Assembly (NCBI GenBank): GCA_964057225.1
Contig: OZ059900.1
Location: 25,482,001 to 25,546,000 of the forward strand
DNA: 64,000 nt
Direction: 5' to 3'
DNA from: Auanema rhodensis
Taxonomy: Eukaryota; Animalia; Nematoda
In this document: positions 25,232 to 38,400 of the stretch, piece after piece
Position numbering within the stretch: the first letter of the stretch is position 1
How the letters are laid out: the number at the start of each line of letters is the position of its first letter
Position numbers and translations under genes: made by a program
Notes under the pieces: generated by a model
The model's input: only the letters and a program-made list of their open reading frames with translations
Databases searched by the model: none
What the model was told of the DNA's origin: nothing

Positions 25232-28200
25232 ATGGGAAATACAGTGTTTTTGTATTTTTTTAGTGTTCAGCATGTAAAATGCGTCATTTTAGTATGTAAA
25301 ACGCTGAAATTCGTTGCATTTGACGACTCATATGAACAAAAATCGATTTTATCAATATTAGCCATAAGGGGCGTGCCCTCAGAATATGCTAATTTCCTTA
25401 ATTTTCTAACCCCTGTTTTTTTGTCGTGAAAGTGGAACTAGACGTTGTACGAACAATTTTGAGCTAGGTTTCATTGACATTGCATGAGTTTGAACACATG
25501 AAATCGTAAGTCAAAACCTTGTTTACAGCGAAATTTCCAAAAACTGGTTTTCCAGCATAATAAAATATTTCTCATGGGAAATACAGTGTTTTTGTATTTT
25601 TTTAGTGTTCAGCATGTAAAATGCGTCATTTTAGTATGTAAAACGCTGAAATTCGTTGCATTTGACGACTCATATGAACAAAAATCGATTTTATCAATAT
25701 TAGCCATAAGGGGCGTGCCCTCAGAATATGCTAATTTCCTTAATTTTCTAACCCCTGTTTTTTTGTCGTGAAAGTGGAACTAGACGTTGTACGAACAATT
25801 TTGAGCTAGGTTTCATTGACATTGCATGAGTTTGAACACATGAAATCGTAAGTCAAAACCTTGTTTACAGCGAAATTTCCAAAAACTGGTTTTCCAGCAT
25901 AATAAAATATTTCTCAAGGGAAAAACTGTGTTTTTATATTTTTCTAGTGTTCAGCATGTAAAATGCTTCATTTTAGTATGTAACACGGTGAAATTCCTTG
26001 CATTTGACGACTCATATGAACAAAAATCGATTTAATCAATATTAGCCATAAGGGGCGTGCCCTCAGAATATGCTAATTTCCTTAATTTTCTAACCCCTGT
26101 TTTTTTGTCGTGAAAGTGGAACTAGACGTTGTACGAACAATTTTGAGCTAGGTTTCATTGACATTGCATGAGTTTGAACACATGCAATCGTAAGTCAAAA
26201 CCTTGTTTACAGCGAAATTTCCAAAAACTGGTTTTCCAGCATAATAAAATATTTCTCATGGGAAAAACTGTGTTTTTGTATTTTTTTAATGTTCAGCATG
26301 TAGAATGCTTCATTTTGATATGTAAAACGCTGAAATTCGTTGCATTTGACGACTCATATGAACAAAAATCGATTTTATCAATATTAGCCATAAGGGGCGT
26401 GCCCTCAGAATATGCTAATTTCCTTAATTTTCTAACCCCTGTTTTTTTGTCGTGAAAGTGGAACTAGACGTTGTACGAACAATTTTGAGCTAGGTTTCAT
26501 TGACATTGCATGAGTTTTAACACATGAAATCGTAAGTCAAAACCTTGTTTACAGCGAAATTTCCAAAAACTGGTTTTCCAGCATAATAAAATATTTCTCA
26601 TGGGAAATACAGTGTTTTTGTATTTTTTTAGTGTTCAGCATGTAAAATCCGTCATTTTTGTATGTAAAACGCTGAAATTCGTTGCATTTGACGACTCATA
26701 TGAACAAAAATCGATTTAATCAATATTAGCCATAAGGGGCGTGCCCTCAGAATATGCTAATTTCCTTAATTTTCTAACCCCTGTTTTTTTGTCGTGAAAG
26801 TGGAACTAGACGTTGTACGAACAATTTTGAGCTAGGTTTCATTGACATTGCATGAGTTTTAACACATGAAATCGTAAGTCAAAACCTTGTTTACAGCGAA
26901 ATTTATAAAACTGGTTTTCCAGCATAATACAATATTTCTCATGGGAAATACTGTGTTTTTATATTTTTCTAGTGTTCAGCATGTAAAATGCTTCATTTTA
27001 GTATGTAACACGCTGAAATTCGTTGCATTTGACGACTCATATGAACAAAAATCGATTTTATCAATATTAGCCATAAGGGGCGTGCCCTCAGAATATGCTA
27101 ATTTCCTTAATTTTCTAACCCCTGTTTTTTTGTCGTGGAAGTGGAACTAGACGTTGTACGAACAATTTTGAGCTAGGTTTCATTGACATTGCATGAGTTT
27201 GAACACATGAAATCGTAAGTCAAAACCTTGTTTACAGCGAAATTTCCAAAAACTGGTTTTCCAGCATAATAAAATATTTCTCATGGGAAATACAGTGTTT
27301 TTGTATTTTTTTAGTGTTCAGCATGTAAAATGCGTCATTTTAGTATGTAAAACGCTGAAATTCGTTGCATTTGACGACTCATATGAACAAAAATCGATTT
27401 TATCAATATTAGCCATAAGGGGCGTGCCCTCAGAATATGCTAATTTCCTTAATTTTCTAACCCCTGTTTTTTTGTCGTGAAAGTGGAACTAGACGTTGTA
27501 CGAACAATTTTGAGCTAGGTTTCATTGACATTGCATGAGTTTGAACACATGAAATCGTAAGTCAAAACCTTGTTTACAGCGAAATTTCCAAAAACTGGTT
27601 TTCCAGCATAATAAAATATTTCTCATGGGAAATACAGTGTTTTTGTATTTTTTTAGTGTTCAGCATGTAAAATGCGTCATTTTAGTATGTAAAACGCTGA
27701 AATTCGTTGCATTTGACGACTCATATGAACAAAAATCGATTTTATCAATATTAGCCATAAGGGGCGTGCCCTCAGAATATGCTAATTTCCTTAATTTTCT
27801 AACCCCTGTTTTTTTGTCGTGAAAGTGGAACTAGACGTTGTACGAACAATTTTGAGCTAGGTTTCATTGACATTGCATGAGTTTGAACACATGAAATCGT
27901 AAGTCAAAACCTTGTTTACAGCGAAATTTCCAAAAACTGGTTTTCCAGCATAATAAAATATTTCTCAAGGGAAAAACTGTGTTTTTATATTTTTCTAGTG
28001 TTCAGCATGTAAAATGCTTCATTTTAGTATGTAACACGGTGAAATTCCTTGCATTTGACGACTCATATGAACAAAAATCGATTTAATCAATATTAGCCAT
28101 AAGGGGCGTGCCCTCAGAATATGCTAATTTCCTTAATTTTCTAACCCCTGTTTTTTTGTCGTGAAAGTGGAACTAGACGTTGTACGAACAATTTTGAGCT

Positions 28201-30700
28201 AGGTTTCATTGACATTGCATGAGTTTGAACACATGCAATCGTAAGTCAAAACCTTGTTTACAGCGAAATTTCCAAAAACTGGTTTTCCAGCATAATAAAA
28301 TATTTCTCATGGGAAAAACTGTGTTTTTGTATTTTTTTAATGTTCAGCATGTAGAATGCTTCATTTTTGTATGTAAAACGCTGAAATTCGTTGCATTTGA
28401 CGACTCATATGAACAAAAATCGATTTTATCAATATTAGCCATAAGGGGCGTGCCCTCAGAATATGCTAATTTCCTTAATTTTCTAACCCCTGTTTTTTTG
28501 TCGTGAAAGTGGAACTAGACGTTGTACGAACAATTTTGAGCTAGGTTTCATTGACATTGCATGAGTTTTAACACATGAAATCGTAAGTCAAAACCTTGTT
28601 TACAGCGAAATTTCCAAAAACTGGTTTTCCAGCATAATAAAATATTTCTCATGGGAAATACTGTGTTTTTATATTTTTCTAGTGTTCAGCATGTAAAATG
28701 CTTCATTTTAGTATGTAACACGCTGAAATTCGTTGCATTTGACGACTCATATGAACAAAAATCGATTTTATCAATATTAGCCATAAGGGGCGTGCCCTCA
28801 GAATATGCTAATTTCCTTAATTTTCTAACCCCTGTTTTTTTGTCGTGGAAGTGGAACTAGACGTTGTACGAACAATTTTGAGCTAGGTTTCATTGACATT
28901 GCATGAGTTTGAACACATGAAATCGTAAGTCAAAACCTTGTTTACAGCGAAATTTCCAAAAACTGGTTTTCCAGCATAATAAAATATTTCTCATGGGAAA
29001 TACAGTGTTTTTGTATTTTTTTAGTGTTCAGCATGTAAAATGCGTCATTTTAGTATGTAAAACGCTGAAATTCGTTGCATTTGACGACTCATATGAACAA
29101 AAATCGATTTTATCAATATTAGCCATAAGGGGCGTGCCCTCAGAATATGCTAATTTCCTTAATTTTCTAACCCCTGTTTTTTTGTCGTGAAAGTGGAACT
29201 AGACGTTGTACGAACAATTTTGAGCTAGGTTTCATTGACATTGCATGAGTTTGAACACATGAAATCGTAAGTCAAAACCTTGTTTACAGCGAAATTTCCA
29301 AAAACTGGTTTTCCAGCATAATAAAATATTTCTCATGGGAAATACAGTGTTTTTGTATTTTTTTAGTGTTCAGCATGTAAAATGCGTCATTTTAGTATGT
29401 AAAACGCTGAAATTCGTTGCATTTGACGACTCATATGAACAAAAATCGATTTTATCAATATTAGCCATAAGGGGCGTGCCCTCAGAATATGCTAATTTCC
29501 TTAATTTTCTAACCCCTGTTTTTTTGTCGTGAAAGTGGAACTAGACGTTGTACGAACAATTTTGAGCTAGGTTTCATTGACATTGCATGAGTTTGAACAC
29601 ATGAAATCGTAAGTCAAAACCTTGTTTACAGCGAAATTTCCAAAAACTGGTTTTCCAGCATAATAAAATATTTCTCAAGGGAAAAACTGTGTTTTTATAT
29701 TTTTCTAGTGTTCAGCATGTAAAATGCTTCATTTTAGTATGTAACACGGTGAAATTCCTTGCATTTGACGACTCATATGAACAAAAATCGATTTAATCAA
29801 TATTAGCCATAAGGGGCGTGCCCTCAGAATATGCTAATTTCCTTAATTTTCTAACCCCTGTTTTTTTGTCGTGAAAGTGGAACTAGACGTTGTACGAACA
29901 ATTTTGAGCTAGGTTTCATTGACATTGCATGAGTTTGAACACATGCAATCGTAAGTCAAAACCTTGTTTACAGCGAAATTTCCAAAAACTGGTTTTCCAG
30001 CATAATAAAATATTTCTCATGGGAAAAACTGTGTTTTTGTATTTTTTTAATGTTCAGCATGTAGAATGCTTCATTTTGATATGTAAAACGCTGAAATTCG
30101 TTGCATTTGACGACTCATATGAACAAAAATCGATTTTATCAATATTAGCCATAAGGGGCGTGCCCTCAGAATATGCTAATTTCCTTAATTTTCTAACCCC
30201 TGTTTTTTTGTCGTGAAAGTGGAACTAGACGTTGTACGAACAATTTTGAGCTAGGTTTCATTGACATTGCATGAGTTTTAACACATGAAATCGTAAGTCA
30301 AAACCTTGTTTACAGCGAAATTTCCAAAAACTGGTTTTCCAGCATAATAAAATATTTCTCATGGGAAATACAGTGTTTTTGTATTTTTTTAGTGTTCAGC
30401 ATGTAAAATCCGTCATTTTTGTATGTAAAACGCTGAAATTCGTTGCATTTGACGACTCATATGAACAAAAATCGATTTAATCAATATTAGCCATAAGGGG
30501 CGTGCCCTCAGAATATGCTAATTTCCTTAATTTTCTAACCCCTGTTTTTTTGTCGTGAAAGTGGAACTAGACGTTGTACGAACAATTTTGAGCTAGGTTT
30601 CATTGACATTGCATGAGTTTTAACACATGAAATCGTAAGTCAAAACCTTGTTTACAGCGAAATTTATAAAACTGGTTTTCCAGCATAATAAAATATTTCT
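25232..30700. repeat. 6-mer/5-mer HOR (about 3 units)
   Basis: Order B,B,A(CGGTG/CCTTG),D(TTTAATG/TAGAATG),E(ATCCGTC),C(GTGGAAG) starts at 25232, 27283 (no E monomer) and 28993; ORF-track pattern repeats at +2051 then +1710. Confidence 0.85.
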
Positions 30701-32753
30701 CATGGGAAATACTGTGTTTTTGTATTTTTCTAGTGTTCAGCATGTGAAATGCTTCATTTTAGTATGTAACACGCTGAAATTCGTTGCATTTGACGACTCA
30801 TATGAACAAAAATCGATTTAATCAATATTAGCCATAAGGGGCGTGCCCTCAGAATATGCTAATTTCCTTAATTTTCTAACCCCTGTTTTTTTGTCGTGAA
30901 AGTGGAACTAGACGTTGTACGAACAATTTTGAGCTAGGTTTCATTGACATTGCATGAGTTTGAACACATGAAATCGTAAGTCAAAACCTTGTTTACAGCG
31001 AAATTTCCAAAAACTGGTTTTCCAGCATAATAAAATATTTCTCAAGGGAAAAACTGTGTTTTTATATTTTTCTAGTGTTCAGCATGTAAAATGCTTCATT
31101 TTAGTATGTAACACGGTGAAATTCCTTGCATTTGACGACTCATATGAACAAAAATCGATTTAATCAATATTAGCCATAAGGGGCGTGCCCTCAGAATATG
31201 CTAATTTCCTTAATTTTCTAACCCCTGTTTTTTTGTCGTGAAAGTGGAACTAGACGTTGTACGAACAATTTTGAGCTAGGTTTCATTGACATTGCATGAG
31301 TTTGAACACATGAAATCGTAAGTCAAAACCTTGTTTACAGCGAAATTTCCAAAAACTGGTTTTCCAGCATAATAAAATATTTCTCATGGGAAATACTGTG
31401 TTTTTGTATTTTTCTAGTGTTCAGCATGTAAAATGCTTCATTTTAGTATGTAACACGCTGAAATTCGTTGCATTTGACGACTCATATGAACAAAAATCGA
31501 TTTAATCAATATTAGCCATAAGGGGCGTGCCCTCAGAATATGCTAATTTCCTTAATTTTCTAACCCCTGTTTTTTTGTCGTGAAAGTGGAACTAGACGTT
31601 GTACGAACAATTTTGAGCTAGGTTTCATTGACATTGCATGAGTTTGAACACATGAAATCGTAAGTCAAAACCTTGTTTACAGCGAAATTTCCAAAAACTG
31701 GTTTTCCAGCATAATAAAATATTTCTCAAGGGAAAAACTGTGTTTTTATATTTTTCTAGTGTTCAGCATGTAAAATCCGTCATTTTTGTATGTAAAACGC
31801 TGAAATTCGTTGCATTTGACGACTCATATGAACAAAAATCGATTTAATCAATATTAGCCATAAGGGGCGTGCCCTCAGAATATGCTAATTTCCTTAATTT
31901 TCTAACCCCTGTTTTTTTGTCGTGAAAGTGGAACTAGACGTTGTACGAACAATTTTGAGCTAGGTTTCATTGACATTGCATGAGTTTGAACACATGAAAT
32001 CGTAAGTCAAAACCTTGTTTACAGCGAAATTTCCAAAAACTGGTTTTCCAGCATAATACAATATTTCTCATGGGAAAAACTGTGTTTTTATATTTTTCTA
32101 GTGTTCAGCATGTAAAATGCTTCATTTTAGTATGTAACACGGTGAAATTCCTTGCATTTGACGACTCATATGAACAAAAATCGATTTAATCAATATTAGC
32201 CATAAGGGGCGTGCCCTCAGAATATGCTAATTTCCTTAATTTTCTAACCCCTGTTTTTTTGTCGTGAAAGTGGAACTAGACGTTGTACGAACAATTTTGA
32301 GCTAGGTTTCATTGACATTGCATGAGTTTGAACACATGCAATCGTAAGTCAAAACCTTGTTTACAGCGAAATTTCCAAAAACTGGTTTTCCAGCATAATA
32401 AAATATTTCTCATGGGAAAAACTGTGTTTTTGTATTTTTTTAATGTTCAGCATGTAGAATGCTTCATTTTGATATGTAAAACGCTGAAATTCGTTGCATT
32501 TGACGACTCATATGAACAAAAATCGATTTTATCAATATTAGCCATAAGGGGCGTGCCCTCAGAATATGCTAATTTCCTTAATTTTCTAACCCCTGTTTTT
32601 TTGTCGTGAAAGTGGAACTAGACGTTGTACGAACAATTTTGAGCTAGGTTTCATTGACATTGCATGAGTTTTAACACATGAAATCGTAAGTCAAAACCTT
32701 GTTTACAGCGAAATTTCCAAAAACTGGTTTTCCAGCATAATAAAATATTTCTC

Positions 32754-35480
32754 ATGGGAAATACAGTGTTTTTGTATTTTTTTAGTGTTCAGCATGTAAA
32801 ATCCGTCATTTTTGTATGTAAAACGCTGAAATTCGTTGCATTTGACGACTCATATGAACAAAAATCGATTTAATCAATATTAGCCATAAGGGGCGTGCCC
32901 TCAGAATATGCTAATTTCCTTAATTTTCTAACCCCTGTTTTTTTGTCGTGAAAGTGGAACTAGACGTTGTACGAACAATTTTGAGCTAGGTTTCATTGAC
33001 ATTGCATGAGTTTTAACACATGAAATCGTAAGTCAAAACCTTGTTTACAGCGAAATTTATAAAACTGGTTTTCCAGCATAATAAAATATTTCTCAAGGGA
33101 AAAACTGTGTTTTTATATTTTTCTAGTGTTCAGCATGTAAAATGCTTCATTTTAGTATGTAACACGCTGAAATTCCTTGCATTTGACGACTCATATGAAC
33201 AAAAATCGATTTAATCAATATTAGCCATAAGGGGCGTGCCCTCAGAATATGCTAATTTCCTTAATTTTCTAACCCCTGTTTTTTTGTCGTGAAAGTGGAA
33301 CTAGACGTTGTACGAACAATTTTGAGCTAGGTTTCATTGACATTGCATGAGTTTGAACACATGAAATCGTAAGTCAAAACCTTGTTTACAGCGAAATTTC
33401 CAAAAACTGGTTTTCCAGCATAATACAATATTTCTCATGGGAAATACTGTGTTTTTATATTTTTCTAGTGTTCAGCATGTAAAATGCTTCATTTTAGTAT
33501 GTAACACGCTGAAATTCGTTGCATTTGACGACTCATATGAACAAAAATCGATTTTATCAATATTAGCCATAAGGGGCGTGCCCTCAGAATATGCTAATTT
33601 CCTTAATTTTCTAACCCCTGTTTTTTTGTCGTGAAAGTGGAACTAGACGTTGTACGAACAGTTTTGAGCTAGGTTTCATTGACATTGCATGAGTTTGAAC
33701 ACATGAAATCGTAAGTCAAAACCTTGTTTACAGCGAAATTTCCAAAAACTGGTTTTCCAGCATAATAAAATATTTCTCATGGGAAATACTGTGTTTTTGT
33801 ATTTTTCTAGTGTTCAGCATGTAAAATGCTTCATTTTAGTATGTAACACGCTGAAATTCGTTGCATTTGACGACTCATATGAACAAAAATCGATTTAATC
33901 AATATTAGCCATAAGGGGCGTGCCCTCAGAATATGCTAATTTCCTTAATTTTCTAACCCCTGTTTTTTTGTCGTGAAAGTGGAACTAGACGTTGTACGAA
34001 CAATTTTGAGCTAGGTTTCATTGACATTGCATGAGTTTTAACACATGAAATCGTAAGTCAAAACCTTGTTTACAGCGAAATTTCCAAAAACTGGTTTTCC
34101 AGCATAATAAAATATTTCTCATGGGAAATACAGTGTTTTTGTATTTTTTTAGTGTTCAGCATGTAAAATCCGTCATTTTTGTATGTAAAACGCTGAAATT
34201 CGTTGCATTTGACGACTCATATGAACAAAAATCGATTTAATCAATATTAGCCATAAGGGGCGTGCCCTCAGAATATGCTAATTTCCTTAATTTTCTAACC
34301 CCTGTTTTTTTGTCGTGAAAGTGGAACTAGACGTTGTACGAACAATTTTGAGCTAGGTTTCATTGACATTGCATGAGTTTTAACACATGAAATCGTAAGT
34401 CAAAACCTTGTTTACAGCGAAATTTATAAAACTGGTTTTCCAGCATAATAAAATATTTCTCAAGGGAAAAACTGTGTTTTTATATTTTTCTAGTGTTCAG
34501 CATGTAAAATGCTTCATTTTAGTATGTAACACGCTGAAATTCCTTGCATTTGACGACTCATATGAACAAAAATCGATTTAATCAATATTAGCCATAAGGG
34601 GCGTGCCCTCAGAATATGCTAATTTCCTTAATTTTCTAACCCCTGTTTTTTTGTCGTGAAAGTGGAACTAGACGTTGTACGAACAATTTTGAGCTAGGTT
34701 TCATTGACATTGCATGAGTTTGAACACATGAAATCGTAAGTCAAAACCTTGTTTACAGCGAAATTTCCAAAAACTGGTTTTCCAGCATAATACAATATTT
34801 CTCATGGGAAATACTGTGTTTTTATATTTTTCTAGTGTTCAGCATGTAAAATGCTTCATTTTAGTATGTAACACGCTGAAATTCGTTGCATTTGACGACT
34901 CATATGAACAAAAATCGATTTTATCAATATTAGCCATAAGGGGCGTGCCCTCAGAATATGCTAATTTCCTTAATTTTCTAACCCCTGTTTTTTTGTCGTG
35001 AAAGTGGAACTAGACGTTGTACGAACAGTTTTGAGCTAGGTTTCATTGACATTGCATGAGTTTGAACACATGAAATCGTAAGTCAAAACCTTGTTTACAG
35101 CGAAATTTCCAAAAACTGGTTTTCCAGCATAATAAAATATTTCTCATGGGAAATACTGTGTTTTTGTATTTTTCTAGTGTTCAGCATGTGAAATGCTTCA
35201 TTTTAGTATGTAACACGCTGAAATTCGTTGCATTTGACGACTCATATGAACAAAAATCGATTTAATCAATATTAGCCATAAGGGGCGTGCCCTCAGAATA
35301 TGCTAATTTCCTTAATTTTCTAACCCCTGTTTTTTTGTCGTGAAAGTGGAACTAGACGTTGTACGAACAATTTTGAGCTAGGTTTCATTGACATTGCATG
35401 AGTTTGAACACATGAAATCGTAAGTCAAAACCTTGTTTACAGCGAAATTTCCAAAAACTGGTTTTCCAGCATAATAAAAT
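32754..35480. repeat. 4-mer HOR (1367 bp x2)
   Basis: ATCCGTC monomer, TTTATAAAA deletion (~33059 / ~34426), ATACA/GATTTTAT/ACAGTT monomer and consensus-like monomer recur at +1367 (ORFs 33437 / 34804). Confidence 0.85.
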
Positions 35481-38400
35481 ATTTCTCAAGGGAAAAACTG
35501 TGTTTTTATATTTTTCTAGTGTTCAGCATGTAAAATGCTTCATTTTAGTATGTAACACGGTGAAATTCCTTGCATTTGACGACTCATATGAACAAAAATC
35601 GATTTAATCAATATTAGCCATAAGGGGCGTGCCCTCAGAATATGCTAATTTCCTTAATTTTCTAACCCCTGTTTTTTTGTCGTGAAAGTGGAACTAGACG
35701 TTGTACGAACAATTTTGAGCTAGGTTTCATTGACATTGCATGAGTTTGAACACATGAAATCGTAAGTCAAAACCTTGTTTACAGCGAAATTTCCAAAAAC
35801 TGGTTTTCCAGCATAATAAAATATTTCTCAAGGGAAAAACTGTGTTTTTATATTTTTCTAGTGTTCAGCATGTAAAATGCTTCATTTTAGTATGTAACAC
35901 GGTGAAATTCCTTGCATTTGACGACTCATATGAACAAAAATCGATTTAATCAATATTAGCCATAAGGGGCGTGCCCTCAGAATATGCTAATTTCCTTAAT
36001 TTTCTAACCCCTGTTTTTTTGTCGTGAAAGTGGAACTAGACGTTGTACGAACAATTTTGAGCTAGGTTTCATTGACATTGCATGAGTTTGAACACATGAA
36101 ATCGTAAGTCAAAACCTTGTTTTCAGCGAAATTTCCAAAAACTGGTTTTCCAGCATAATACAATATTTCTCATAGGAAATACTGTGTTTTTGTATTTTTC
36201 TAGTGTTCAGAATGTAGAATGCTTCATTTTAGTACGTAACACGCTGAAATTCGTTGCATTTGACGACTCATATGAACAAAAATCGATTTAATCAATATTA
36301 GCCATAAGGGGCGTGCCCTCAGAATATGCTAATTTCCTTAATTTTCTAACCCCTGTTTTTTTGTCGTGAAAGTGGAACTAGACGTTGTACGAACAATTTT
36401 GAGCTAGGTTTCATTGACATTGCATGAGTTTGAACACATGAAATCGTAAGTCAAAACCTTGTTTACAGCGAAATTTCCAAAAACTGGTTTTCCAGCATAA
36501 TAAAATATTTCTCATGGGAAATACTGTGTTTTTGTATTTTTCTAGTGTTCAGCATGTAAAATGCTTCATTTTAGTATGTAACACGCTGAAATTCGTTGCA
36601 TTTGACGACTCATATGAACAAAAATCGATTTAATCAATATTAGCCATAAGGGGCGTGCCCTCAGAATATGCTAATTTCCTTAATTTTCTAACCCCTGTTT
36701 TTTTGTCGTGAAAGTGGAACTAGACGTTGTACGAACAATTTTGAGCTAGGTTTCATTGACATTGCATGAGTTTGAACACATGAAATCGTAAGTCAAAACC
36801 TTGTTTACAGCGAAATTTCCAAAAACTGGTTTTCCAGCATAATAAAATATTTCTCAAGCGAAAAACTGTGTTTTTATATTTTTTTAGTGTTCAGCATGTA
36901 AAATGCTTCATTTTAGTATGTAACACGGTGAAATTCCTTGCATTTGACGACTCATATGAACAAAAATCGATTTAATCAATATTAGCCATAAGGGGCGTGC
37001 CCTCAGAATATGCTAATTTCCTTAATTTTCTAACCCCTGTTTTTTTGTCGTGAAAGTGGAACTAGACGTTGTACGAACAATTTTGAGCTAGGTTTCATTG
37101 ACATTGCATGAGTTTGAACACATGAAATCGTAAGTCAAAACCTTGTTTACAGCGAAATTTCCAAAAACTGGTTTTCCAGCATAATACAATATTTCTCATG
37201 GGAAATACTGTGTTTTTGTATTTTTCTAGTGTTCAGCATGTAAAATGCTTCATTTTAGTATGTAACACGCTGAAATTCGTTGCATTTAACGACTCATATG
37301 AACAAAAATCGATTTAATCAATATTAGCCATAAGGGGCGTGCCCTCAGAATATGCTAATTTCCTTAATTTTCTAACCCCTGTTTTTTTGTCGTGAAAGTG
37401 GAACTAGACGTTGTACGAACAATTTTGAGCTAGGTTTCATTGACATTGCATGAGTTTGAACACATGAAATCGTAAGTCAAAACCTTGTTTACAGCGAAAT
37501 TTCCAAAAACTGGTTTTCCAGCATAATAAAATATTTCTCATGGGAAATACAGTGTTTTTGTATTTTTTTAGTGTTCAGCATGTAAAATGCGTCATTTTGA
37601 TATGTAAAACGCTGAAATTCGTTGCATTTGACGACTCATATGAACAAAAATCGATTTTATCAATATTAGCCATAAGGGGCGTGCCCTCAGAATATGCTAA
37701 TTTCCTTAATTTTCTAACCCCTGTTTTTTTGTCGTGAAAGTGGAACTAGACGTTGTACGAACAATTTTGAGCTAGGTTTCATTGACATTGCATGAGTTTT
37801 AACACATGAAATCGTAAGTCAAAACCTTGTTTACAGCGAAATTTCCAAAAACTGGTTTTCCAGCATAATAAAATATTTCTCATGGGAAATACAGTGTTTT
37901 TGTATTTTTTTAGTGTTCAGCATGTAAAATCCGTCATTTTTGTATGTAAAACGCTGAAATTCGTTGCATTTGACGACTCATATGAACAAAAATCGATTTA
38001 ATCAATATTAGCCATAAGGGGCGTGCCCTCAGAATATGCTAATTTCCTTAATTTTCTAACCCCTGTTTTTTTGTCGTGAAAGTGGAACTAGACGTTGTAC
38101 GAACAATTTTGAGCTAGGTTTCATTGACATTGCATGAGTTTTAACACATGAAATCGTAAGTCAAAACCTTGTTTACAGCGAAATTTATAAAACTGGTTTT
38201 CCAGCATAATACAATATTTCTCATGGGAAATACTGTGTTTTTATATTTTTCTAGTGTTCAGCATGTAAAATGCTTCATTTTAGTATGTAACACGCTGAAA
38301 TTCGTTGCATTTGACGACTCATATGAACAAAAATCGATTTTATCAATATTAGCCATAAGGGGCGTGCCCTCAGAATATGCTAATTTCCTTAATTTTCTAA

